A DNA stretch of 64,000 nucleotides. Origin: Candidatus Latescibacterota bacterium (GTDB taxonomy: Bacteria > Latescibacterota > UBA2968 > UBA8231). Location: NCBI GenBank assembly GCA_965204725.1, contig OZ242005.1, positions 2,976,001-3,040,000 on the forward strand, read 5' to 3'. The notes below the pieces were generated by a model. The model was not told where the DNA came from. It ran no database searches and worked only from the letters and a program-made list of their open reading frames with translations. The translations under genes were made by a program, and so were the position numbers. Below are positions 39,351 through 48,125 of this stretch, piece after piece. Numbering within the stretch: the first letter of the stretch is position 1; each line of letters begins with the position of its first letter.

Positions 39351-41483
39351 TTAAGTCTCCCGCTCAATGTTGACGATACTTCTGCCATCGGCCCCAATGA
39401 TCGCCGCGAGCACCGCTTCATTCTCGCGCTCCAACGTTAGGATGTCGGCGCGAATTTCGCTGCGGGAGCGCAGCGGTTGCGGCTTGTAAAAATGCCGGGT
39501 GAAGCTGATCTCGTAGCCGATCTTGACGCTCGCTGGGTCGTACCAAGCGTCCGGCGCGTAGGGCAGCACCTCGCGGCGCAAGAAGCCCTCAACGCCGCCC
39601 TCGGCGAGCAACGGCACCTGTTCGGCATCGCGTAACTCGCTGTCCGGCTCGTATTCGACTACACACGGCCGATCGTTCACCGTCGTTTCGACCAAGCCGC
39701 GAAGTGGAACCGGCTTGCCCGGCCGGTGCGTCTTTTTGACGACCGGCTCGGCAGCCTCGTCGCGGAACGCCAGCACCGTTTGCAGCAGTTTCTTGCGCTT
39801 GGCCGTCAGGTTGACGCCGCGTCTGACCGCATCCACAAACAGGTTGAAATCGCGGTGCGGCCCGTCGCCGAGGGTGGTCGCTATTCGCTCAACGGCCTCA
39901 GCGAGCGATTCTTCGCCCACTTCCTCGCAGGCAGCGCGAAAGCGCGCGAGATGCTCCGACGACAACTCGACGGCAAGCCGCAAAGGTCGCTCAACCGTTA
40001 CGCGCCAGTAGCCAAAGGCCCGGTTGGGAAAAATTTTCGAGTGCTCGCTTTCTTCAAAGGCGAGAAACGCATCGCAGACGCGGCCGATGTCGTCCTCGGA
40101 CAACGCGCAATTCTTATTGCCGAGATTCTTACGCAACGGACTAAACCACTCGGTGGCGTCGATGAGCTGCACCTTGCCCTGCCGATGCGCCGGCTTGCGG
40201 TTGGTCAGCACCCAGATATAGGTGGCGATGCCGGTGTTGTAGAACATGTTGAGCGGCAGGGCGACAATGGCCTCCAGATAGTCGTTTTCGATGATCCAGC
40301 GGCGGATGTTGCTCTCGCCCTGCCCGGCGTCGCCGGTGAACAGGGAACTGCCGTTGTGGACCTCGGCAATGCGGCTGCCGAGCGCGGTGTCGCGCTTCAT
40401 CTTGCTCAGCATGTTGGCGAGGAACAGCATCTGGCCGTCGCTGGAGCGGGTGAGCAGGGAATAGTTCGGATCGCCGGCGTGCTGGATGATGAAGCGCGGG
40501 TCCGCCACACCGCGCTTGCCGCCCAAGCGGTCGAGGTCTTGCTTCCAACTCTTGCCGTAGGGCGGATTGCTGAGCATAAAATCGAACTGGTGGGATGGGA
40601 AAGCGTCGTTGGCGAGGGTCGAGTGTTCCGGGCCGCCGACGATGTTGTCCGCCGCGCTGCCCTCGCCCTTGAGTAACAAATCGGCCTTGCAAATCGCGTA
40701 GGTCTCGGCGTTGATCTCTTGGCCGTAGAGATGCGTGGATACGTTCTTGCCGCGTGCTCGGGCGAGTTCCTGCAGGGTTTCCTCGGCCACGGTCAGCATG
40801 CCGCCGGTGCCGAGCGCACCGTCGTAGAGCAGATACGTGCTCGACTCAATGGCGTCGGCGACCGGCAGGAAGATGAGATTGGCCATCAGCTTGACCGCGT
40901 CGCGCGGGGTCCAGTGTTCGCCGGCCTCCTCGTTGTTCTCCTCGTTGAACCGCCGCACCAACTCCTCGAAAATCGTGCCCATGGCGTGGTTGTCGAGGCC
41001 GGGATGCCTCTCGACCGGATAGGGGCTGAGGTTGATCTCCGGCGACAAAAATTTCTCGATGAGCGCGCCGAGCACGTCCGCGTCGGACAAGCGCGGAATC
41101 TGGTTGCGAAACTCGAAGTTCTTCAAGATGTCCTGCACATTGGACGAAAACCCGTCCAAGTAGATCTCAAAGTCGGCGCGGAGTTGCTGCCGAGTCGCCC
41201 GGGCGCGGAGGTCGCGCAACGTGAATTGGGACGCATTGTAAAAGGCATGTCCCGCGGCCTGCTTGAGGGCCGCTTCCTGTTCGACAATGCCTTGGTCGTT
41301 GAGCCGGGCCTGCATGGCGAGCACGGCTTGCTTGGTCGGTTCGAGCACCGCGTCCAGCCGCCGAATCACCGTCATGGGCAAAATGATGTCGCGGTACTTG
41401 CCGCGCACATAGAGGTCGCGCAGCACATCGTCGGCAATGCCCCAAATAAAGTTGGGAATGCGATTGAGTTGGCTGTTTTGCAT
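39351..41483 (-). CDS. hsdM: Type I R-M DNA methyltransferase subunit M
   Basis: AGEHWTPR, YDGALGTGGML, YGQE, SNPPY (N6-adenine MTase motif IV), FYNTGI. Confidence 0.95.
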   Translation of the reverse strand: MQNSQLNRIPNFIWGIADDVLRDLYVRGKYRDIILPMTVIRRLDAVLEPTKQAVLAMQARLNDQGIVEQEAALKQAAGHAFYNASQFTLRDLRARATRQQLRADFEIYLDGFSSNVQDILKNFEFRNQIPRLSDADVLGALIEKFLSPEINLSPYPVERHPGLDNHAMGTIFEELVRRFNEENNEEAGEHWTPRDAVKLMANLIFLPVADAIESSTYLLYDGALGTGGMLTVAEETLQELARARGKNVSTHLYGQEINAETYAICKADLLLKGEGSAADNIVGGPEHSTLANDAFPSHQFDFMLSNPPYGKSWKQDLDRLGGKRGVADPRFIIQHAGDPNYSLLTRSSDGQMLFLANMLSKMKRDTALGSRIAEVHNGSSLFTGDAGQGESNIRRWIIENDYLEAIVALPLNMFYNTGIATYIWVLTNRKPAHRQGKVQLIDATEWFSPLRKNLGNKNCALSEDDIGRVCDAFLAFEESEHSKIFPNRAFGYWRVTVERPLRLAVELSSEHLARFRAACEEVGEESLAEAVERIATTLGDGPHRDFNLFVDAVRRGVNLTAKRKKLLQTVLAFRDEAAEPVVKKTHRPGKPVPLRGLVETTVNDRPCVVEYEPDSELRDAEQVPLLAEGGVEGFLRREVLPYAPDAWYDPASVKIGYEISFTRHFYKPQPLRSRSEIRADILTLERENEAVLAAIIGADGRSIVNIERET

Positions 41484-41503
41484 GGGTCGTCCTTGGGTGG
41501 ATG

Positions 41504-44485
41504 CTATCGGTAGGTCAGTTCAAACACGCTAGCGGCCAGCCAGCGTTTGAACGCTGCGTTGTCCGAGTATTGCTTGTAGAGTTCGGTGTCGTCGGCAAGC
41601 AGGTCGGTGATTGCTTTCTCCAAGGCCCGGTCGTGCTCGATGCGGGTGTTCTGTGCGTCTGCGTGTTGTCGGGCGTTGCGATAGGCAGGGTCCGCCTCGA
41701 CCCGTTGCGGTACGTCCTCGGTGATCATCCGGCGGATGCGGTCGGCATCGGTCCACGGAATGTCGCCGAACAGGTCGTTAAATTCCCGCAGAATGTTGGA
41801 GAGCCGGTCCATCTCAGGCTCAGGTTGGAACCCGCCGCCGCTGGCCGGCACCGGCTCGATTTCGGCGTCCTCGTCGGGCAGCAGGATGTGCATAGTTGCC
41901 TGCTTCTCGGCGCGATAGCTATCCATGTCGATAGCATTCTCAATGCCCAGCGATAGGTCCTCGGCCGCGGGCGTCGGCAGCTTGGGAATGAGCAAGGTCA
42001 GAAAAATGGACAGCTTCTCCCAATCGGCATTTGCGTAGGGCAGCACCTGCGACAGGAAGTTGTATGCGCGGGTGAAGGCTTTGGCTTGGCCCTTGAAATC
42101 GACCTGCCCGTCTTCGTCGAGGTCGCGGCGATAGGTATGCACGCACTCATCCAAGATGGGGTCGAGGGCGGCGCGGTCGTCGCCGTTCAAATAGGCCGCG
42201 ACCAGCGCATCGACTTGCTCGGCGGAATAGACCTGTTGGTCGTCGAGCGTGGACTTGAGATCGTGCAGTTTGTCCGGGTCGGTTTCGTCCGCCAAGATGG
42301 TGGTGCGGTAATACGCGGCAAAGGCGTCTTTGATGGCATCGGCGTCGTTGTGGAAATCGAGCACAAACGTATCGCGCTTGGCGGGATGGGCGCGGTTGAG
42401 GCGCGACAGGGTCTGCACCGCCCGGATGCCGGACAAGACCTTATCGACATACATGGTATGCAGCAGCGGCTCGTCGTAGCCAGTCTGGAACTTGTCCGCA
42501 CAGACGAGAAACCGATAGGGGTCTTGCTGAATTTTGCGGGCGATCTGCGACGACGGAAATCCGTTCAACCGCGCTTCGCTCACCTGCTCGCCGCCGAGTT
42601 CGACCTCGCCGGAAAAGGCCACGATGGCCTTGTGTGGACTGTTGCGCTCGGCGAGATAGTCGCAGATGGCGCGATAGTACGCTATCGCCACCTCAATGCC
42701 GCCGGTGACGACCATGGCCCGCGCCTGTCCGTCGATTTTGCGTGGGGCCAGTACCTGCTCGTGGAAGTGATCGACGATGATCTCGGCTTTGAGGCGGATG
42801 GCCCGGCTGTGGGTCTCCACATAGCGGATGAGCTTTTTGTGCGCCTTGTTGGCGTCGAACTCCGGGTCGTCGACTGTGGTCTTGGCGAGGCGGTAGTAGC
42901 TCGTTACCGGCGTGTAATGCCCGAGCACGTCCAAGATGAACCCCTCTTGGATGGCCTGCTTCATCGCATAGCTGTGGAAGGGCCGATGCCGGACCGCGCC
43001 ATCGGGCTGCGGCGCGGGTGTGCCGAACAACTCCAGCGTCTTGTTCTTGGGCGTGGCGGTGAAGGCGAAGTAGCTGGCGTTGGCGAGCAGACGCCGCTGT
43101 TCGATAATGCGATTGATTTGGTCCTCAAATGTATCGTCCGCGTCCGCGTCATGCTCCCCCAAAACCCGCGCCATGGCCGAGGCCGTGCGCCCGCCTTGGC
43201 TGGAGTGGGCTTCGTCAATGACGATGGCAAAGCGACGGCCTTGATGGTCTTTGTCGATTTCGTCCAAGATGAACGGGAACTTTTGCACGGTAGAGATGAT
43301 GACTTTCTTGCCCTCGCCGATAAAGCGGCGCAAATCGCCGGCATTTTCCGCATGGCCCACGGTTGCCCCCACTTGCGCGAACTGCCGGATGGTGTCGTTG
43401 ATCTGCCGGTCCAAGATAATGCGGTCGGTTACGACGATGATGGAGTCAAAGACCGGCCGGCCGCCCTTTTCCAAGCCGATGAGCCGGTGCGCCAACCACG
43501 CGATGGAGTTGGACTTGCCGCTGCCGGCCGAGTGCTGGATGAGATAGCGTTGCCCAACGCCGTGCTCGGCGACCGAGTCCAACAGTTTCCGCACCACGTC
43601 CAATTGGTGATAGCGCGGCCAGATTTGCGTCTTGGTCTTGCGCCCGGTCTCAGGGGCGGTGGACTCTATCAGCAGGGCGTAGTTTTCCACAATGTCGGTC
43701 AGGCTTCGCCGGGTCAGCACGTCGCGCCACAAATAATCGGTCTTGATGCCGTTGGGGTTGGGCGGGTTACCGGTGCCGTCGTTCCAGCCCTTGTTGAACG
43801 GCAGGAACCACGACGCCTTGCCGTTGAGGTGCGTACAGAACAGCACTTCGAGGTCATCCACGGCGAAGTGGACCATGCAGCGACCGAGGCGGAAGAGCTC
43901 CTCTTTGGGGTCGCGGTCGCGTTTGTATTGTTCGACCGCATCGGCGGCGGTCTGTTTGGTGAGGCTGTTTTTCAACTCAAAGGTCGCCACCGGCAGGCCG
44001 TTGATGAACAGCGCGAGATCGAGGGTCAGCCGCTTGTTGGCGTTGCTGTACGACAATTGGCGCGTGACCGAAAAGCGGTTTTGCTCGTATAGGGCTGCCG
44101 CCTGTGGGTTGCCCGGTGAGGGGGTGCCATACAAGAGCGCGATGGCGTGCGGCCCGTGTTTGACGCCGTTGCGGAGGACTTCGACGATGCCGCGCTTGCC
44201 GACTTCGTTTTTCAGGCGGGCGAGGAACTTGCGGCGCGTCGGGCTGTCCGCGTCCAAAGCCAGCGCGGCGGCCAAGCGCGGCTGTGTGGTCTTGAGGAAG
44301 GCGGTCAACTGGGCTAAGTCTATGCAGTGCTCGCGGTCGTAGTCGGCGGAGTGGCCGTTGAGCCAACCGGCTTCATAGGTGGCCGGGCGTTCCCGTACAT
44401 CAGCGGCATCCGGCGCGTCGGCCCGGTGGGTCAGCAGCGCGCAGATGCGCTGTTCTAGGCCGCGTTCGGTGGTGTCGGTGGTCAT
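41504..44485 (-). CDS. hsdR: Type I R-M restriction subunit R
   Basis: DLALFINGLPVATFELKN nuclease motif, HSAGSGKS, IDEAHSSQ, FTATP, QTGYD, QTLSRLNR. Confidence 0.95.
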   Translation of the reverse strand: MTTDTTERGLEQRICALLTHRADAPDAADVRERPATYEAGWLNGHSADYDREHCIDLAQLTAFLKTTQPRLAAALALDADSPTRRKFLARLKNEVGKRGIVEVLRNGVKHGPHAIALLYGTPSPGNPQAAALYEQNRFSVTRQLSYSNANKRLTLDLALFINGLPVATFELKNSLTKQTAADAVEQYKRDRDPKEELFRLGRCMVHFAVDDLEVLFCTHLNGKASWFLPFNKGWNDGTGNPPNPNGIKTDYLWRDVLTRRSLTDIVENYALLIESTAPETGRKTKTQIWPRYHQLDVVRKLLDSVAEHGVGQRYLIQHSAGSGKSNSIAWLAHRLIGLEKGGRPVFDSIIVVTDRIILDRQINDTIRQFAQVGATVGHAENAGDLRRFIGEGKKVIISTVQKFPFILDEIDKDHQGRRFAIVIDEAHSSQGGRTASAMARVLGEHDADADDTFEDQINRIIEQRRLLANASYFAFTATPKNKTLELFGTPAPQPDGAVRHRPFHSYAMKQAIQEGFILDVLGHYTPVTSYYRLAKTTVDDPEFDANKAHKKLIRYVETHSRAIRLKAEIIVDHFHEQVLAPRKIDGQARAMVVTGGIEVAIAYYRAICDYLAERNSPHKAIVAFSGEVELGGEQVSEARLNGFPSSQIARKIQQDPYRFLVCADKFQTGYDEPLLHTMYVDKVLSGIRAVQTLSRLNRAHPAKRDTFVLDFHNDADAIKDAFAAYYRTTILADETDPDKLHDLKSTLDDQQVYSAEQVDALVAAYLNGDDRAALDPILDECVHTYRRDLDEDGQVDFKGQAKAFTRAYNFLSQVLPYANADWEKLSIFLTLLIPKLPTPAAEDLSLGIENAIDMDSYRAEKQATMHILLPDEDAEIEPVPASGGGFQPEPEMDRLSNILREFNDLFGDIPWTDADRIRRMITEDVPQRVEADPAYRNARQHADAQNTRIEHDRALEKAITDLLADDTELYKQYSDNAAFKRWLAASVFELTYR

Positions 44486-44537
44486 GGACAACTCCAGTCA
44501 AGTACCCGTCAAGTAATATAATTGATGCAGATTGGTG

Positions 44538-44573
44538 AATCCTTTAATAGATCCTTTACTAAATCCTTTAATA
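44538..44573. repeat. Three tandem copies of a 12-bp AT-rich unit
   Basis: AATCCTTTAATA-GATCCTTTACTA-AATCCTTTAATA; a related unit AATCCTTTACTA lies at 53120-53131. Confidence 0.7.
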
Positions 44574-44684
44574 GACTCTCCGAAATGTCTAAAACTTATT
44601 AAAGAGTAAAAGTGTTGTAAAAACAGAGACTTGCGGAGATTTGGCAGACGCGAGTCAGTGTTTGCTGTCCCCTTTCCTTTAATT

Positions 44685-46367
44685 TTATTCATCAAATATC
44701 TCTTCCGGTTGCGCTTTCGCGGGTATCCATGCAGGTTGGGTACGCGTACCTCGATTGACGATCTGACCGGAGCGACGCAATGCCTGCATTAAATTCTGAA
44801 CCTGCCACCGCTTCTGCACATCCGTCAGTCGGTCGGGCAACTTGGGTATCAGGGCCTGATCGATCTCTTTGCGGCTGACCGGCCCGTGCTCGCGCACCAA
44901 AGCTACGATCAGATCTAAGTAGTACTGCTTGTCGAACCCGCGTTCTCGGATGTGGCGACCGGCCTCGCCCGTCGCCTTGGCGACCAATCCGGCGACCATC
45001 AGGTTGGGATAACGGCCCTCGACAAGGCCGTCGGCCTTCAGATGACGATGCTCTTCCCGGCTGATGGACAGGCCCTTTTGCACCCGGTCGAGGAGCATGG
45101 CTCGGTCGAGGTCCAAATCGGTCCGTTCCATCAAGAGGTGGGTGTAACGCTCGTCGAGGATGCGGCCGTGGAGGCTCACGGCTACGCGGCTCGTCTCCGT
45201 CTCGGTCAAATCGTAGTCCGGCAGTGGGAAGGAACGCTTCCTCTGCGTGTCAAACATGCGCTTGATACCACCGCCCTGCGTGTCAATCAGGTTCAGTTCG
45301 ACCATCGCACGCGCCAAGAACGGGTTGCGGTAGATCGCTTGGGGAGCGTCCTGCCGGATGACCGTTGCGACATCGCCGGGCAGGAAATCACCGACGTTGG
45401 TCATCAGGATGCGGTCGGGGAACTCAACGACGACGATCCGGCCTCGGAGGCGATAGTCTTGGTGCGCGATGCTGTTGTGCAGGGCCTCGCGGATCACCCA
45501 CGGGTCGTACTGGGTGAACTCCTGTGGGAACAGGGTTCCGTTGGGCAGGGCGCGCACGGTGAGGTTGCGAATGCGTTGCAGCAGGCGATCGCCAGCGAGC
45601 AAGAACGGCGGCTCAATATGCTCGTAATCCAATTCGCGGTTGTGGGCATCTTTGAGCACCCAAGAGATTCGGGCCACTGCCGGCACCAGCAGGGCCGACG
45701 ATTCGGGCTGTCCCAGCAACAGCAGCGCGGCGTTTGTCAGTGCCCCCTGCCATAGCACCCGCGCCTTGTTGAGAAACGTCGTGTCGTCCCACCCCTCAAT
45801 TTCGGCCGCCTGCGACGGATGTCTGACGATGAACTGCTCGCGTGCTTTGGCTATGGCTTCGGGGTCGAGGTCGTCGAGACCCGCTTGTTCGCACACTTCC
45901 GCAGACCAGTCGCTCCCGTGCGTCCAAATCGCCCGCGCTTTCTCGGGATGATTGCTGAGTTTGGTTTTGCTGGTGCCGACCCGAATGTACGCCGTTCCGT
46001 AAAAATTGACCGGCTGATCCCGCGCCGGACCGACCTCAAAGACGACGACCCGTCCGGCTGGGTAATCGACGATACGTAGCTCGAATCCCGTATTGGGATG
46101 CAGGCCGGCCGCAAGCCACAGCAGCAGGTCTTGGTTGCCCTTCGCCTTGGTGTTGCGGGGATCAAAATCTGTGCCGACGACTTCGTGTGTCTCGTCGTCA
46201 ATTCCGAAGATCAGATAGCCCGCCGGTTGATCGGCGAGGCAGGCCGAGTTCGCAAGCGCGGACAGATATTCTCCGAGTTGCTCGGGTTCGTAGCGATTGC
46301 GCTTGAACTCCAACCATTCCGTCTCCGTCGGCTGACCGCGCAACTGGTCGATACGTACGGCGTTCAT
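44685..46367 (-). CDS. AlbA_2 (Schlafen-like) plus HATPase_c_4/RecG-C-like domain putative transcriptional regulator
   Basis: ETEWLEFK, YLSALAN, YLIFGIDD, REALHNSIAHQDY, YRNPFLA, IDTQGGGI. Alternative start at 46403 (ATGA overlap). Confidence 0.85.
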   Translation of the reverse strand: MNAVRIDQLRGQPTETEWLEFKRNRYEPEQLGEYLSALANSACLADQPAGYLIFGIDDETHEVVGTDFDPRNTKAKGNQDLLLWLAAGLHPNTGFELRIVDYPAGRVVVFEVGPARDQPVNFYGTAYIRVGTSKTKLSNHPEKARAIWTHGSDWSAEVCEQAGLDDLDPEAIAKAREQFIVRHPSQAAEIEGWDDTTFLNKARVLWQGALTNAALLLLGQPESSALLVPAVARISWVLKDAHNRELDYEHIEPPFLLAGDRLLQRIRNLTVRALPNGTLFPQEFTQYDPWVIREALHNSIAHQDYRLRGRIVVVEFPDRILMTNVGDFLPGDVATVIRQDAPQAIYRNPFLARAMVELNLIDTQGGGIKRMFDTQRKRSFPLPDYDLTETETSRVAVSLHGRILDERYTHLLMERTDLDLDRAMLLDRVQKGLSISREEHRHLKADGLVEGRYPNLMVAGLVAKATGEAGRHIRERGFDKQYYLDLIVALVREHGPVSRKEIDQALIPKLPDRLTDVQKRWQVQNLMQALRRSGQIVNRGTRTQPAWIPAKAQPEEIFDE

Positions 46368-46399
46368 GTCGCGGCTACCTTTGAAAGCTATTGCGGCGG

Positions 46400-47458
46400 T
46401 CATGGGGTATGGGGTGAGCGGAGGTCCTCTATCCAGTTCTTCTCGGCGAGCACATTGAGGGCAATGTCGAGTTGTCGGGGAGTGAACTGTCTCTTTCGCT
46501 CGTTCCACATATATGTTCGCTCGGCGACCTCGGCAAGGGTCGATGCCTGCTCTTCGCGGACGACCCAATGGACGGTGGCCAGCAATTCCAAGCCAAAGGA
46601 CGACTCGAATCCCTCGACGAGGGCGGCCACCCTTTCAAAGCGGGCGGGCGTTTGGGGCGCGTCCGCGAGAAAGGTGTGTGCATCCTCAAGCGCACCCGGT
46701 ACGAGTTCCAATTCTTTGTGGGGTGCATCGCCTCCGTCTGCGTAACCGGACACAAAGTGCCCTTCAATGGCATGCAAGACGTGCCGGAGGTTTTCGGCGT
46801 AAGGTCCGTAAGGACCTTTGGCGAATCGCAGTCTCAACGGCTCGCCAGCAGTCTGCATGAAGTACATGAGCTTGTGTACTTCCAGCAGGGTAATGAATGG
46901 ATCCAGCAGACCGCGTAGGTAGCGGTCCATTAGCCCGATAAGCGCGGCCCGTCCTGCTGTCATTTCCGGGACCTCGCGCGAACGATTGGCCCTTTGATCT
47001 ACTGGGCCGCTAGGCTCAAATACGACGACCTTCACATCGTCAAATTTCTCCAAAGCCGCCTGCACACGCCTGCGTACTTCCGGCCACTCCAAGCCGCCTA
47101 GTCCGCTGCCAAGCGGGGGGATGGCAATGGAGCGGATGCCCCGCGTTCGTATTTCCGTTGCGAGCGATACCAAGCCGGCTTCGATGTCCTCCATGCGGCT
47201 TTTGCCCCGCCAGTGCCGTTTGGTGGGAAAGTTGATGATGTAATGGGGATTGGTAAGTTGCCCGGTCTCAAAGACGAACACCTGTCCCGGCCGCATTTCG
47301 TCGCGCTTACACCGGGTGGCATAGGCTTTGAAATTTTCGGGAAAGGCTCGCTTGAACTGTAGCGCGATGCCGCGCCCCATGACCCCGACGCAGTTGACGG
47401 TGTTGACCAGAGCTTCGGCATCTTCCGCGAGGATGTCGCCGGTCTTGTATTTGATCAT
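46400..47458 (-). CDS. darG: Macrodomain ADP-ribosylglycohydrolase antitoxin DarG
   Basis: GDIL, ALVNTVNCVGVMGRGIALQFK, INFPTKRHW, IPPLGSGLGGL; C-terminal KLMYF, YGPY, LELLATVHW. Confidence 0.93.
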   Translation of the reverse strand: MIKYKTGDILAEDAEALVNTVNCVGVMGRGIALQFKRAFPENFKAYATRCKRDEMRPGQVFVFETGQLTNPHYIINFPTKRHWRGKSRMEDIEAGLVSLATEIRTRGIRSIAIPPLGSGLGGLEWPEVRRRVQAALEKFDDVKVVVFEPSGPVDQRANRSREVPEMTAGRAALIGLMDRYLRGLLDPFITLLEVHKLMYFMQTAGEPLRLRFAKGPYGPYAENLRHVLHAIEGHFVSGYADGGDAPHKELELVPGALEDAHTFLADAPQTPARFERVAALVEGFESSFGLELLATVHWVVREEQASTLAEVAERTYMWNERKRQFTPRQLDIALNVLAEKNWIEDLRSPHTP

Positions 47459-47477
47459 GGTTGTTCTCCTTTTGCGG

Positions 47478-48116
47478 TCAATAATACCAATCGGGCTTGA
47501 TTTCGACGAGTGGTTTATGGGCGGCGGTCCCAAGACCCGCCATGACCTGTTGATAAACCCGTTGCGACAGGACGCCGATGCGCGAGATCAGTGCCCAAGG
47601 AAATAGTTGCTCAATTAAAAATTCTGCCTGTTTGCCTTCCTTACACTGCCGCCAGTCGGTGGCTTGCACTGCATTCCAGTTGATTTCGTCCAACTGCTTC
47701 AAGTCGCACAGGTCCTCAAAGTAAGAGGTGCCAGCATTCGAAAGCGTAAATGCCCAACGCTTACCATGTTTCTTTGCCCAAGCAACGGTTTGATACAAGT
47801 CTGCCTCCAGATGGACGATAGGGCCTTGCCCGCCGCAATAGGTCAATTCTGGGTGGTTCCTTTGGGAAATCACGTAGAGCATAATAGAGCGCGGACAGAA
47901 GTAGAATGGCACACAGTCGCCTACGCACAGGTCTGGATGACTGCTCAAAGGATTCGTGAGGCGGCGTTGCTTGATGTTGTACATGCCAATCGTGGTGCCG
48001 GGAGGTTGGCGTCTGAGTATCTCCGCGTCGCACCAGATATAGTTGTCTGCAATAATGGATTTGAGCCGGTCCACATGAACAATATGGTATATCTTTGGCT
48101 GACGGGGCACCTGCAT
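47478..48116 (-). CDS. darT: DNA ADP-ribosyltransferase toxin DarT (DUF4433)
   Basis: IYHIVHVDRL, VPFYFCPRSIMLY, FTLSNA, KQAEFL (catalytic Glu). Upstream of darG. Confidence 0.93.
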   Translation of the reverse strand: MQVPRQPKIYHIVHVDRLKSIIADNYIWCDAEILRRQPPGTTIGMYNIKQRRLTNPLSSHPDLCVGDCVPFYFCPRSIMLYVISQRNHPELTYCGGQGPIVHLEADLYQTVAWAKKHGKRWAFTLSNAGTSYFEDLCDLKQLDEINWNAVQATDWRQCKEGKQAEFLIEQLFPWALISRIGVLSQRVYQQVMAGLGTAAHKPLVEIKPDWYY

Positions 48117-48125
48117 CGTCAAATC

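Noticed and set aside
42086-44092. 668-aa plus-strand ORF
   Set aside because: It is antisense to hsdR, a typical stop-free shadow frame in GC-rich DNA, with no recognisable motifs.
44498-44695. 65-aa minus-strand ORF upstream of hsdR
   Set aside because: AT-rich, low-complexity and without a recognisable domain. Treated as intergenic, with only the 12-bp repeats reported.
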